Numbered from the stretch's first letter, positions 37,639 through 49,300 are shown. The stretch is DNA of 50,291 bases from Poseidonia sp. (GCA_965661285.1 CBFIDD010000005.1:139191-189481); one strand, 5' to 3'. Numbers and translations are program-made. Notes: generated from the letters alone by a model not told the origin.

Positions 37639-39948
37639 TCAAATCTTCTGCCAGTCCGTGCCGTTCCACCATCGGTTGGTTCCGTCGCTCATCAAGCGCC
37701 AAGTGTGGCCGTTCTCGTCGGTCCACTCGTTGGTGACACTGGGCTCAGCAGGTGCGGCTGCAAGTTGGGCGTTCATGTCGGGCATGGATGTGGCTGCAGC
37801 GTAGGTTTGCACCGGTTCCATTGAGGAGGTTGTGTCTGCGGGTTGGGCGTTCATGTCGGGCATGCCGACAGGAAGACCGCCTGCGCTGAAGTCCTTGACC
37901 ACCTCGTCGTCCTCAGCCACTCGCTTGCGCAGGATGACGACCACGGCGGCCGTGATGATGACCATCACCAAACCGGTGCCGACGAGCATGTTTCGCTGTG
38001 CGGCAGCAGCGGCTTCCTCTTCCTCTTGAGCGAGTTTGGCTTCGAGAACGGCCTGTTCGTTATCGCCCATGCCGTCGCCGTCCGAATCCATTGTTTCTGA
38101 AGCCTCGTTGGGGAAGGCGTCGGCGTTGTCGCCCACGCCGTCACCGTCGCTGTCAGCCCATTCGGTACCGTCGTTGGGGAAGACATCGGCGTTCAGACCG
38201 TCAGGGTTGTCGCCGTAGCCGTCGTTGTCACCATCGAACCACTGCGTGACATCGTTGGGGAACAAATCGGGCGTCGTGCCTTGGGGGTTATCACCGTAGC
38301 CGTCGCCGTCGCTGTCCGTGGTTTGCGTAGCATCCTCTGGGAAGGCGTCGGCGTTATCACCCACCCCGTCTTCATCGGTGTCAAGCGTCTCGCTGGCGTC
38401 TTCGGGGAAAACATCGGCGTTGTCTCCTACGCCATCACCGTCGGTGTCGAGGGTTTCTGAGGCGTCTTCGGGGAAGGCATCGGCGTTGTCGCCCACACCG
38501 TCATCGTCGGAGTCGAGGGTTTCTGAGGCGTCTTCGGGGAAGGCATCGGCGTTGTCGCCCACACCGTCTTCATCGGTGTCGAGGGTTTCCGTGGCGTCCT
38601 CTGGGAAGACGTCCGCGTTATCGCCGACGCCGTCACCATCGCTGTCAGCCCACTCGGTGCTGTCGCTGGGGAAGGCGTCCGGGTTGTTGCCCGAGGGGTT
38701 GTCGCCGTATCCGTCACCGTCGCTATCGGTTGTTTGCGTCGCATCGTTGTCAAACGCATCGGCGTTGTTGCCCACGCCATCGCCGTCGGTATCGACGGAC
38801 TCACTGGGGTCAGTGGGGAAGACATCCGCATTGTCACCTACGCCGTCGTCATCGGTGTCGGTTGTTTCCGTGGCGTCGTTGGGGAAATCATCGGCGTTAT
38901 CACCCACACCATCACCGTCGCTGTCAAGCCACTCGTTGGCGTCGTTGGGAAAGGCGTCGGGGTTGTTGCCCGAGGCGTTGTCGCCGTAGCCATCACCGTC
39001 GCTGTCGGTTGTTTGCGTCGGATCGTCGTCAAAGGCGTCGCCGTTATCACCCACGCCGTCGCCGTCGGCGTCAGCCCATTCGTTCTCATCGTTGGGAAAG
39101 GCATCGCTTTGGTCGCCGTAGCCGTCGCCGTCGGCGTCGTAATCGATGATTTCGACGGTGTTGGACGACGTTTCCGTCGTGCCCATATCGGTACCGTCGC
39201 CGGGGGTGACCGTCATCGACCAGAAGTCGCCGATGGTCAGTGCGCTTGGTGGGAGTGTGGGCTGGTCGTCGTATTGGGCTTGGGACACACCGCCCTTCAA
39301 CCAGCGAATCTCCGTATTGGCTTCGTTGTCGCCGTCTTGGTCGCTGTAATCGTAATTGGCGTACAACGTGGCGTCGTAGTACGCTTTGGTGACGGCGGTT
39401 GCGGGGCCGGGGGTATCGCTGATGTAGACGTTTGAGGCGGTGGGCGCCGTGTTGGATGGGCCGGGTTCAGGGATGGTGAGCGACAACGTCGTCCATGCGT
39501 CTCCTGAGTTTCCATTGGCGCCGTTTGCCGTCAAGCCCGCGATGTCAACGTCAACCGAACCGCTTCCCGCAGCGGGAGCCGTCCAGGAAAAGGACCACGA
39601 CCGATAGGAGCTCGTGGTGTGGGTTGCAGACAGGCCGGAACTGTCCACCTTGACGGCCATGATGCCAACGCCTGGCGTTGAGAGGGTGCCTTTGTCGACC
39701 ACGACGTTAAATCCGCCGTTGTTCCCCGAAACGCCGCCGGTCACGGAAATCTGGATGTTGTAGGTTTGCCCACCGTTGTAGGTGGACGGAAAGTTCTCGT
39801 TGAGGGTGGGTGCGCTGCCGCTGTAGTGGCAGGTGCAGCCATTGCCGGCTTGATTGTGAATGCCGCTTGAGTTTCCCTCCAGCGTCGGCAGGGTCAGGAG
39901 CATGAGGGCGGCGACGGCCAAGGTCAATCCACGAGTGAGCATGTTCAT
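37639..39948 (-). CDS. Membrane-anchored surface protein: Reeler/choice-of-anchor-V-like domain, many TSP3-like repeats, TM helix, Trp-rich C-terminal module
   Basis: Signal peptide; GCTCH...WSFSWTAP...ANGANGNSGD; repeated DxDGDGVGDNADAFP; TM; WTDENGHTWR...WWNGTDWQ. Confidence 0.85.
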   Translation of the reverse strand: MNMLTRGLTLAVAALMLLTLPTLEGNSSGIHNQAGNGCTCHYSGSAPTLNENFPSTYNGGQTYNIQISVTGGVSGNNGGFNVVVDKGTLSTPGVGIMAVKVDSSGLSATHTTSSYRSWSFSWTAPAAGSGSVDVDIAGLTANGANGNSGDAWTTLSLTIPEPGPSNTAPTASNVYISDTPGPATAVTKAYYDATLYANYDYSDQDGDNEANTEIRWLKGGVSQAQYDDQPTLPPSALTIGDFWSMTVTPGDGTDMGTTETSSNTVEIIDYDADGDGYGDQSDAFPNDENEWADADGDGVGDNGDAFDDDPTQTTDSDGDGYGDNASGNNPDAFPNDANEWLDSDGDGVGDNADDFPNDATETTDTDDDGVGDNADVFPTDPSESVDTDGDGVGNNADAFDNDATQTTDSDGDGYGDNPSGNNPDAFPSDSTEWADSDGDGVGDNADVFPEDATETLDTDEDGVGDNADAFPEDASETLDSDDDGVGDNADAFPEDASETLDTDGDGVGDNADVFPEDASETLDTDEDGVGDNADAFPEDATQTTDSDGDGYGDNPQGTTPDLFPNDVTQWFDGDNDGYGDNPDGLNADVFPNDGTEWADSDGDGVGDNADAFPNEASETMDSDGDGMGDNEQAVLEAKLAQEEEEAAAAAQRNMLVGTGLVMVIITAAVVVILRKRVAEDDEVVKDFSAGGLPVGMPDMNAQPADTTSSMEPVQTYAAATSMPDMNAQLAAAPAEPSVTNEWTDENGHTWRLMSDGTNRWWNGTDWQKI

Positions 39949-40099
39949 GCCCGTCTGTTGTGTTATTCTCATATAACAAAACTGGTTTGCGGTTCGGACA
40001 TGCGGTCCGTCTTGGGGGTGTGCAGGTGCCCCGCGGCGCGATTAAATAGGGGTGTTTGGTCGGAGGCCTGCCTACGTTCGTACGGAAGGAGTCGATACA

Positions 40100-40381
40100 A
40101 TGCCAAAGCCATGGACCTCCAAGCTCATTATCAAAGCCTTGGGCGTGCAGAAGTGCAACGGCAGTATGGACGCCGCAGTCGAGGACCTGCCCCTCGAAAA
40201 GGCCATGGAAGTGGCCCGCGAGAAAGCAGGTCTTGGACACTTGACTGGAGCGGACTTGAAAGCGCAAACACGAGAGGTCATCGGTACCTGCGTGTCCATG
40301 CGCGTCAAGGTCGACGGTCACTGGGCGGTTGAAGCCCTCGAGATCATTGCAAAAGGAGAATGGGACGAGCGTTTTAATTGA
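40100..40381 (+). CDS. rpl11: Ribosomal protein uL11, C-terminal domain only
   Basis: PWTSKLIIKALG...EVIGTCVSMRVKVDG...GEWDE matches the archaeal L11 C-domain. GGAAGGAG precedes the ATG; gene lies directly upstream of rpl1. Confidence 0.88.
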   Translation: MPKPWTSKLIIKALGVQKCNGSMDAAVEDLPLEKAMEVAREKAGLGHLTGADLKAQTREVIGTCVSMRVKVDGHWAVEALEIIAKGEWDERFN

Positions 40382-40395
40382 ACAACTCACGAACC

Positions 40396-40424
40396 GCGGA
40401 AGAGGTTTCGGCCTCGCTGACCGC
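40396..40424 (+). promoter_or_regulatory. Candidate uL1 autoregulatory RNA site (kinked hairpin) upstream of the rpl1 SD
   Basis: GCGG-AA-GAGGT-TTCG-GCCTC-GCTGA-CCGC, followed by SD GAGGTGA at 40426. Confidence 0.5.
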
Positions 40425-40438
40425 AGAGGTGAAGCAAC

Positions 40439-41083
40439 ATGGAAGAAAAAATCAGTAATGCAATCAAGGCAGCCATTGAAGCGGCTCCTGAGCGAAAGTT
40501 TGTCGAATCCGTGGACATCTCGTTCACCATCAAGGACGTCGACTTGAAGAACCCAACCAACCGTATCAAGGAAGAGATTCGTCTCCCCTCCGGTCGTGGT
40601 CGTGAACTCAAGATCGCCATGTTTGCCGCCGGCGAAGCCGCCACCAAGGCCAAAGCCGCCGGTATCACCGTGTATTCCCCTCAGGACATCGAAGATTTCG
40701 GTGGCAAGAAGGGTCAGGCCAAGAAGGTCGCCAACCAGTACGATTTCTTCCTTTCCGAAGTCCCTCACATGGGCCTCATCGGTCGCTACTTGGGTGTCGT
40801 CCTCGGTCCCCGAGGAAAGATGCCACGTCCGGTTCCACCCACCTTGGACCCTGCAGCCCTCGCTGCGGGCCTCGCCAGCACCGTCGTGGTCAAGTCCGGC
40901 GACAGGATGACCTTCCACGCCTCCTTTGGCACCGTCAAGCAATCACACGATGAACTCCTGGCCAACGCCATGGAGGTCTACAACCGGGTAACCAACAAGC
41001 TGGAGCGTGGCATTGGCAACATTCGCTCCCTCTACATCAAGACCTCAATGGGTCCAGCACAGCGCATCGAGGTGATCAATTGA
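40439..41083 (+). CDS. rpl1: Ribosomal protein uL1
   Basis: RKFVESVD, GRYLGVVLGPRGKMPRP, NIRSLYIKTSMGP. Confidence 0.96.
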   Translation: MEEKISNAIKAAIEAAPERKFVESVDISFTIKDVDLKNPTNRIKEEIRLPSGRGRELKIAMFAAGEAATKAKAAGITVYSPQDIEDFGGKKGQAKKVANQYDFFLSEVPHMGLIGRYLGVVLGPRGKMPRPVPPTLDPAALAAGLASTVVVKSGDRMTFHASFGTVKQSHDELLANAMEVYNRVTNKLERGIGNIRSLYIKTSMGPAQRIEVIN

Positions 41084-42099
41084 TTCCAAAGGTCGTGTCC
41101 TGGAAGAAGGACACCGTCAGCGACCTTCACGCTTTGCTCACCAGCGGCGAAACCATCGCCGTCGTTGACATTCACGGCGTTCCTGCCTCGGCCATGTTTG
41201 GCATGCGAGCCGGGCTTCGTGAAAACATGAAGATTCAAGTCGCCAAGAAGCGTTTGATGAAGATCGCTTGGGAGCGCGCTGGTTTTGATTTCGCTGACCT
41301 CGAGAAGCTCTACGAATCCGCCGTCCAGCCCGCCCTGGTCTCGTCGTCAACCCTCAACTCCTTCGAGCTGTTCACCGAACTCAAGAAGACCGAAGCCGGT
41401 CGAGCCGCCAAAGAAGGCGACGTTGCACCCCACCAAATCGTGGTGGAGAAGCAAGACACCGGTATGCCCCCAGGCCCCATTGTTGGTGACCTGAACTCGG
41501 TGGGCATCCCTGCGAAGATCGTGAAGGGCTCTGTTGAAATTCAGAAGCGAACCGTGGTGCTTGAAGAAGGCGAAGTCTTCGAAGGCGAACTCGGTATGAT
41601 GCTCTCGAAGATCGGCATCAACCCCATGGTCACGGGCCTCCGCCTCTGCGGAACCCTCGAAGATGGCACGCTCTTTGAGCCAGCCACCCTCGACATCGAC
41701 TACGAACAATTCGAGCAAGACTTGATCGGCATGGCCGCAGGTGCGTACAACCTCGCGTGCAACATCACGTGGTTTACCCCACAAACGATGCCGACCCTCC
41801 TGTCCAAGGCCAGCGGAGAAGCGCTGGCTGTTGCTTTGGAAGCAGCGGTCGCTACGGCCGAAACGCTTCCCCACCTGGTGGCTCGAGCCCACGCCAGCGC
41901 CCTCGGCGTTGCTGGCACGCTGAGCCCCGATGCACTCGACGACGAATTGGCTGCCATGATGGGCGCTGCTGCTACGGCAGCCGCTTCCGCCGCAGCCGCT
42001 GTTGACACGAGCGCTTCTGATGCCCCAGCCGAGGCTGAAGAAGAGGAAGAAGAGGAAGAAGAGGCCGGCTTTGACGGTCTTGGGAGCCTGTTCGGCTGA
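41080..42099 (+). CDS. rpl10: Ribosomal protein uL10 (P0)
   Basis: TTG start overlapping the rpl1 stop, SD GAGGTGA; DTGMPPGP; acidic tail ending GLGSLFG. Confidence 0.95.
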   Translation: MIPKVVSWKKDTVSDLHALLTSGETIAVVDIHGVPASAMFGMRAGLRENMKIQVAKKRLMKIAWERAGFDFADLEKLYESAVQPALVSSSTLNSFELFTELKKTEAGRAAKEGDVAPHQIVVEKQDTGMPPGPIVGDLNSVGIPAKIVKGSVEIQKRTVVLEEGEVFEGELGMMLSKIGINPMVTGLRLCGTLEDGTLFEPATLDIDYEQFEQDLIGMAAGAYNLACNITWFTPQTMPTLLSKASGEALAVALEAAVATAETLPHLVARAHASALGVAGTLSPDALDDELAAMMGAAATAAASAAAAVDTSASDAPAEAEEEEEEEEEAGFDGLGSLFG

Positions 42100-42125
42100 A
42101 CAAAAAACACTGAGGTGAAAAAAAC

Positions 42126-42431
42126 ATGGAATACGTATACGCTGCTATGCTGTTGCACGCTGCTGAAAAAGAGATTGATGAGAAGTCGGTCAAGGCTGTC
42201 CTGAAGGGCGCTGGCGTCGACGCTGACGACGCTCGAGTGAAGGCCCTCGTGGCCTCCCTCGCCGGAGTCGACATCGCTGAAGCCATGACCCAAGCTGTTG
42301 CTGCTCCTGCAGCAGCTGCTGCTGCCCCTGCCGCCGCTGGCGGTGCTGACGCCCCTGCTGCTGAAGAAGCAGAAGAGGAAGAAGAAGAAGAGGCTGGCGG
42401 CTTCGACGGTCTTGGCTCGCTCTTTGGTTGA
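42126..42431 (+). CDS. rpl12: Ribosomal stalk protein P1 (aL12)
   Basis: [11 protein letters not shown], Ala hinge, acidic tail ending GLGSLFG. Confidence 0.97.
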   Translation: MEYVYAAMLLHAAEKEIDEKSVKAVLKGAGVDADDARVKALVASLAGVDIAEAMTQAVAAPAAAAAAPAAAGGADAPAAEEAEEEEEEEAGGFDGLGSLFG

Positions 42432-42639
42432 GCAAGGTCCGATCGCTGCCGATTCGCACGCCGGCTGATGCCGGTTTTCTTGTGAGCGCGGCCTGTCCAT
42501 CGGTCCTTGTCCACGGGAACACCTCGCCCTTTCGGGGCGATGACCGTGAAAGCGCCGCAATCGCACGCACGATATCCTCGCCGAATACCATGAGCGAGAG
42601 CCAGATGACGAAAGGGTTCATCCCTGCCCGTCCGCTCGA

Positions 42640-43212
42640 ATGTTCATGGTCAGAAAGGCGACGCTCGACCTTGAGGTCAGCGTGTCAAGCATTCAGGCCA
42701 TCCGAATCTTTCGTGAACTCGCTGAAGAAGCGGGCTGGGCTCTCGAACGCCATGAAGGCTCACGTCTTGTCGACCGGTTTGCCATCATCATGCCCATGGC
42801 CCAGTCGGCGCGCACCCTCGGACTCAAGGTTATGAACGGACCCATGCGCGGCATGGAATTGACGTGCTGGTCGGAAACTCGAGGCTCGTCGGGCGCGGTG
42901 AACATCGCATCATGGCTGGTCCCAGGTGGACCTGAGGAGCCGATGTTTCGAGACCTCGTTCATCATTGGGTCAGTCGCATGGATCGCTGTCCCTGGCGCT
43001 GGACCTTCGGTGAACGTTCCAAAGTTGGCTACCTGTTGCCCGTTTGGCGCCAATGCCGTCGCCGTTTTTCCAACCTCGGATTCAACACCAAAAAGAGCGG
43101 TTGGCCGGTCGCTGCCAAGGGCGATTGGCCCGGTGAATCTCGCCTTGCTGAGCCGTTGGAGTCTGGTTCACCAGCGAGCGGAATTTCCGGTTCCTTCTAT
43201 GAGGAGGAATGA
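42640..43212 (+). CDS. Hypothetical protein
   Basis: 190-aa Trp-rich ORF filling the gap after rpl12; no motif recognised. Confidence 0.6.
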   Translation: MFMVRKATLDLEVSVSSIQAIRIFRELAEEAGWALERHEGSRLVDRFAIIMPMAQSARTLGLKVMNGPMRGMELTCWSETRGSSGAVNIASWLVPGGPEEPMFRDLVHHWVSRMDRCPWRWTFGERSKVGYLLPVWRQCRRRFSNLGFNTKKSGWPVAAKGDWPGESRLAEPLESGSPASGISGSFYEEE

Positions 43213-43219
43213 ATGAATT

Positions 43220-43243
43220 CGCCTCCCCCTTTAGGGGGAGGCG
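43220..43243. repeat. Perfect GC-rich palindrome/hairpin
   Basis: CGCCTCCCCCT-TT-AGGGGGAGGCG, 7 bp after a stop codon. Confidence 0.7.
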
Positions 43244-43306
43244 CTGATGATACAGGGTTTGTGCTTAAATGTGCCAACAACCTACAAGACACAGCGAGGT
43301 AGCGTC

Positions 43307-46300
43307 ATGCTGAACGATTCACAACAACGGAAGGCGCTCGTCCTCTCGTTGTTGATGGTCATGTTGGCCCAAACCGCCTACATTGAAGCCTATCGCGGGT
43401 GGAAGCCCTCCACCGAACTTCAAGAGGAAGAAACCGATGTGCTGCGAGTTGATTCTCCGGCTGTTTGTTCCGCTGCTTCACGCACCAGCGGCACGGAAAT
43501 TCACGTCGATGTCGTGGAAGGTGACGACACCTACCCTGGCACCACCAACTGTCCCAAAGCCAGCCTCGGCGCTGCGGTGACCTTGGCGGCGAGCGAGTCG
43601 GCCTCCAATCCTGAAATCGTTCTTCATACCGGTCTGTACCACGAAAACGTGAGCGTCAACAACCTCAACAACCTGCTCATTCGGGCGGCCACCGGCGAGC
43701 ATGTGGTGTTTGACGGCACCCGCAGCATCACCGATGACCTCGGTGGCGTTTGGGGTGCCGCCGATAGCGATGGCATCCAAGAAGTGACCCTGACCGAAGA
43801 CGGCTGGCAGTTGTTCCTTGCGTACGAAGAACAGGTGCCTGCTCGATGGCCAAACGCTGGGTTCGACGATGAGACGGTGTTCAACCGCTCGTACTGGGCG
43901 GAGGGCACGCTGACCAATTCGAACAACGCCTACACGAAAGGCTGGTTGACCGATGCTGGTCCTGAGGCAGGCGTTCACACTGGATTGAACGAAACGGTGA
44001 ACGCAACCGGTCTTGACCCCGTCGGCGCGATTGCGGTCATGAACTTGGGTTCCTTCCGAAGCAACAGCCGCATCATCACGGATTGGAATCCGAACAACGG
44101 CACCTTCGCCTACGACGCTGACGGTGTTGGTTGGAAGACCAAGCATCATGCCTACTTCTTGGAAGGCAAACGTGAACTCATCGACCAGGATGGCGAATGG
44201 TGGTACAACAACACCAACAATCGCCTGCACTACAAGACGCCATCTGGTCAAAATGCCAACGATTTGGATTTGCGTGTGAAGGTTCAACCGTTCGCCATCA
44301 GCGTTGATGGCTCGGATGGTGTAACGATTCAGGGCATCGATTTCTTTGGAACAACTGTGAATTTCAACAATTGTGATGGTTGTTCATTTACCAATGCAAC
44401 CCTCGAATATCCAAGCACCTCAAAGCGTGGACTGGGGATTGCAGGTGAATCCGAAGACGACCGTTGGATGACACGTTTCTACCGTTCAACCCACTCGTTT
44501 GTCGATAACATTTCCATCACCAATACCGACGGTGGTGCGATAGAATTCCAAGGTTCAGCCGGCCAATCTCACAACAACACCGTGAACAATTCCTATTTCC
44601 ATGCCATCGATTGGTCAGCAGCTGACCAGAAAGGACTGATGGTCTCGATTTACGAGGGGGGCCGAGACATGTACTTCACCAACAACAGCGTTCACCTCAC
44701 AGGTGCTTCATCGGTTCTCTCGATTGGTGATGCGCCTAAGGTCTTCTACAACGAAGTGTGGGATGTTGGCCATCTGCAAAACGATGGTGCGGTGGTTCAA
44801 GTCATGCAAGCCGAGGCATCGGGGTCTGAAATTGCTTACAATTGGATTCACGACGTCATCAAGTACGGTGCTCGATTTGATGCACCGATAGGAGAAGCGG
44901 GCGAAGGTCGGAATGGAACCATGCATCACAACGTCATCTGGAATGCTGCTGGTGGATTGATGGTCAAAGGCGACTACCACAATATCCACAACAACACGGT
45001 GTTCAACTCAAGCGGCAAGAACGACATGATCATTCTCACCGACAACGGCGTCAACAACGGCAACTCCACCATTCACCAAAATGCAGCGGACACGATGGCC
45101 GATCACAGAACTGGTTCCTGGTCTTCGTATCCTCTTCCTTCCGGGACCTATTGGAACAATTGGAACGGCTACGTCAACACCACAGACTCCGTTTGGAATC
45201 AATTGGTAGATCCTGTAAATCGTGATTTCCGACCGAAGGTCAACTCCCATCTCGATAACATGAGTGCTGGCGCCTACGATGCAGGCGTGAGCAATCCATG
45301 GACTGCAGGAATTTCGTGGACGTACAGCACACCTTCAGCCCCGATCGCAGGTTGTATGCTCGATTATGCAGACAACTACGATTCAGACGCAACGCTCTCG
45401 GACGGATCTTGCACCTTCTCATCCTACACCCCGCCCTCTACGCTTGATCTCCGCCTCCATCTTGACCCCACCAACAGCAGTTCCTACAGTGGCAGTGGCA
45501 CCAACGTCGCTGACCTATCGGGCTTCAACAACAACGGAACCGTTGCGTCTGCTGGACCGACATGGGACGGTGATTTTACCCGCTTCACCTACGATGGTGC
45601 GTGCACTGGCTCGACCCCGAACCTGGTTTGCGATGAGATCGAAGTTTCTGACTCAACGAGCTTGCGCCCGGGCGGAAACGACTGGTCGGTATCAGTTTGG
45701 TTCAACGCCTCAACGCACCAACACAGCGTGATACTCGGCGCCTTCGACGACGGGGGGGCAGCAGTGGATGTTGGATGGGCCATCCGAATGAGAGCATCAG
45801 GTGCCATCTATGCAAATGTAGGAACCACTTCCAACAATTCGGCCGCATCGACGTCAGAAGCATTCATCGATACGGACCGCTGGTATCACGTGGTCTTGGT
45901 TGCAGACCCGGGAAATACCCTCAGACTCTATGTTGATGGGCAAAACGTCGGAAGCGGTTCCTTGTCTGGAAGTGGAACCCTGCGCAATGTAAGCAACAGC
46001 CTCTTCATCGCCTCCTACAACGGTGGTGAATATTCTCAGACCTTTGATGGACAAGTTGGTTCCGTCATGGCCTTTGCCGATGCACTCAACGCCACCACCG
46101 TCAATCAAATCTACAATGCAAGCAAGGGTGTGTACAGCAACACGACCACCCTGTCCTTCCCTCAATCTTCACCGACCTTGCTTCTCGGTCAAACCTATAG
46201 TTTCCCCCTCACCGTGGCCAACGGTGAGATCACGACGTCCTATTCGCTCACGGGAACCTTGCCAAGCGGCATGAATTTCGAATCGAGCAACGGAACGATT

Positions 46301-49300
46301 TGGGGAACACCCACGGTCGCCATGACCAGCACGACCTACACCGTGACGGCCAACAATTCGGCCGGTTCCTACTCCACTTCGATTTCACTCACATCGCAAC
46401 ACGTCGCACCGTACGATTTGGTCTACTCGCCAGAGAACATGACCCTCACGAACGGCACGGCCATGACGACCAACACGCCCAGCGTTAACGGTGGCACCGT
46501 CACCTCGTGGGAAATCAGCCCCTCTGTTCCAACAGGCCTCTCCTTCAGCACCTCAAACGGTGCCATCAGCGGAACGCCGACTGTGCTGCAAACGACAGCG
46601 GCGACGTACACGGTTTGGGCCAACAACTCTGGCGGTTCGGCTTCTGCGCAGGTGAATATTACCATCAACGATGCAGCGCCGAACGCCCTTGGATATTCTC
46701 CAGAAAATATGACCCTCGAGAAGGGCACAGCGATGACACCGAACTTACCTTCGGTCAGTGGAGGAACAGTCACGTCGTGGGAAATCAGCCCGTCGCTTCC
46801 AACGGGTCTAACATGGGGCAGTTCTGATGGTAAGATCAGTGGAACGCCAACGGTTCTGCAAACAACAACGGTGACCTACACGATTTGGGCCAACAACTCA
46901 GGCGGTTCAGAATCAGCTCAAGTGAACATCACCATCAACGACCAAATCGCATCCATTTCCTATTCCACGCCGGTTGAGATTTCCAACAACCGTCCGCTTT
47001 CCTCTACCATCACGCCCACCACTTCCGGCGGCGCCATCACCTCGTGGGAGATCACACCCGCCCTACCAACGGGTCTAACCTTTGGAACGACCAACGGTAG
47101 CATTTGGGGAACGCCGGAGAACGTGACGAGTAACGCAACCTACACGATTTACGCCAACAACTCGGGTGGTTCTGCATCCGCAACGCTGACGCTCAACATG
47201 AATTGGACCTTGACGCCAAGCGTCGATGGTGCTTACATCACTCGAAATTCTTCAATTGGTACCGATATCACCTGGGAGTGGGGCTATGACCCGCTTGAAG
47301 CAAATGCGATCGGATTGGCAACAGGGAACTGGAATACGTGTGCGGTTGGAGACGACGGCTTGGTGTATTGCTGGGGGCGAAACGGAAACGGACAAATTGG
47401 AAACGGCCAAACCTCTTCCAATACCTGTGGTAACTCTGGACACAAGTGTAAGGATGTTCCAACGGCAACATCGCTCATCGGGTCGTCTGGAGATGACATC
47501 GTTTCGATCGCCTTCGGACATCAGCACGCCTGTGCACTCCTTGATACGGGTGATGTCGAGTGTTGGGGCCGAAACAATGCAGGTCAAATCGGACAGGGTG
47601 GCGGCGACAAGGATACGCCCCAGGCGGTCAACCTCGGATCGGGAAGAACGGCAACCAGCATCTATGCAGGTGGACACTATTCCTGTGCAATATTGGATGA
47701 TGAATCCGTCAAGTGTTGGGGGCAGAACACCGATGGTCAACTCGGTATTGGTTCAACCTCAAACACCAACACGCCGACGACCATCAACACCCTTGGTTCC
47801 GGGCGCACGGCTGTTTCACTGGCTGCAGCCTTCAGCGCCGTATGTGCTTTGCTCGATGATGGCTCAGTCAAGTGCTGGGGTGATGATTCTCAGGGACAAT
47901 TAGGAAACGGGGGTACGAACTCGGATTTGAACAGTCCACCATCATCCGTCATCAATTTGGGTTCAGGACGCACGGCCAAAGCCATCACCGGTGGCGAATA
48001 TCACTTCTGTGCCATTCTCGATGATGACTCCATCACGTGCTGGGGCGACGGTAGCAATGGAAAGTTGGGAACGGGTTCCACCGGTGATCGATCAACCCCG
48101 ACTGCTACCAGCGGTTCGTTCGCTTCGGGCAGGTATGCGGTGGCCATCGATGCTGGCTACGACCACACATGCGTGATTCTTGACAACGGTGATCTCACGT
48201 GTTGGGGTGGTGATGCCAAAGGACAATTGGGCAACGGCGCTACCACGGGAACCAAATCTTCGCTGCAATCAACCACCGTGAATTTGGGTACAGGGCGAAC
48301 CGCGATTTCACTCTCCGCAGGTGGAACGCATACCTGTGCTCAACTCGACAACGGCCAACTCAAATGTTGGGGCAACCGTGCTGACGGTCAAGTTGGTGAC
48401 AATGGCGGATTCAACAACCCTTCCGACCGAACAAGCCCTTCGACCGTTAACAACAACAACAACGGAGGCAACACCTACGCCGATACGGGCGTCTTCCCCT
48501 CGCCTGCCGTTTCCGGGGCGACGTGCGCCATCAGTCCTGCTCTCCCAACCGGCATGAGCCTGACCAGCGGAACGTGTGCGATAACCGGAACGCCCACCGT
48601 CACGTCCGTCAACACCACCTACACGGTTTGGGCCAACATCTCTGGTCAGTCCTTCAGCGGGCAAATATGGCTTGAAGTCGGTTTGAATGCACCCGACATT
48701 TCCTATTCTTCTTCCTCCTATACCTACACCAACGACACGCTCATCACCACACTTAACCCAACCAACGTCGGTGGTGGAGTGACCACCTGGGCCATCAACG
48801 CGACCTTGCCTTCAGGCCTCACGTTCGAGACCAGCAACGGTAGCATTTGGGGCACGCCTGACACCGTAACGGCAACAACAACCTACACCATCTGGGCCAA
48901 CAATTCTGCTGGTTCGAACTCCACCACCATCACCTTCACCGTCAACGACCCTACGCCGAACTTCAGCTACACCAACGATGGAAGCACGCACTCTGTGCTC
49001 CTCTACCTCAATCAAACGATGAACGCCGTCACGCCGATCACCTTCTCCGGTGGCGGCTTGCCGACGTCGTGCAGCAGTTCCCCCTCGCTTCCTTCTGGTA
49101 TGACCCTCAGTTCGAGCTGCGTCATTTCCGGCACGCCAAACGTTACGGCAAGCTTTGCCCTTTACACCATCACCGGAACGAACACCGGTGGTAGCGATTC
49201 CGACTCCATCTACATCTCGGTTCTCGCTGCTGGTGGGTCGTTGACCGTCTCGCCGACCAACCGCGAAGGGGTGGTCAACAGTACGCTTTCGAACATCACC

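Noticed and set aside
38040-39140. 66-bp-period tandem DNA repeats
   Set aside because: Fully explained by the 22-aa TSP3-like coding repeats.
42030-42431. Near-identical 3' ends of rpl10 and rpl12
   Set aside because: This is the expected shared acidic C-terminal motif of archaeal P-stalk proteins.
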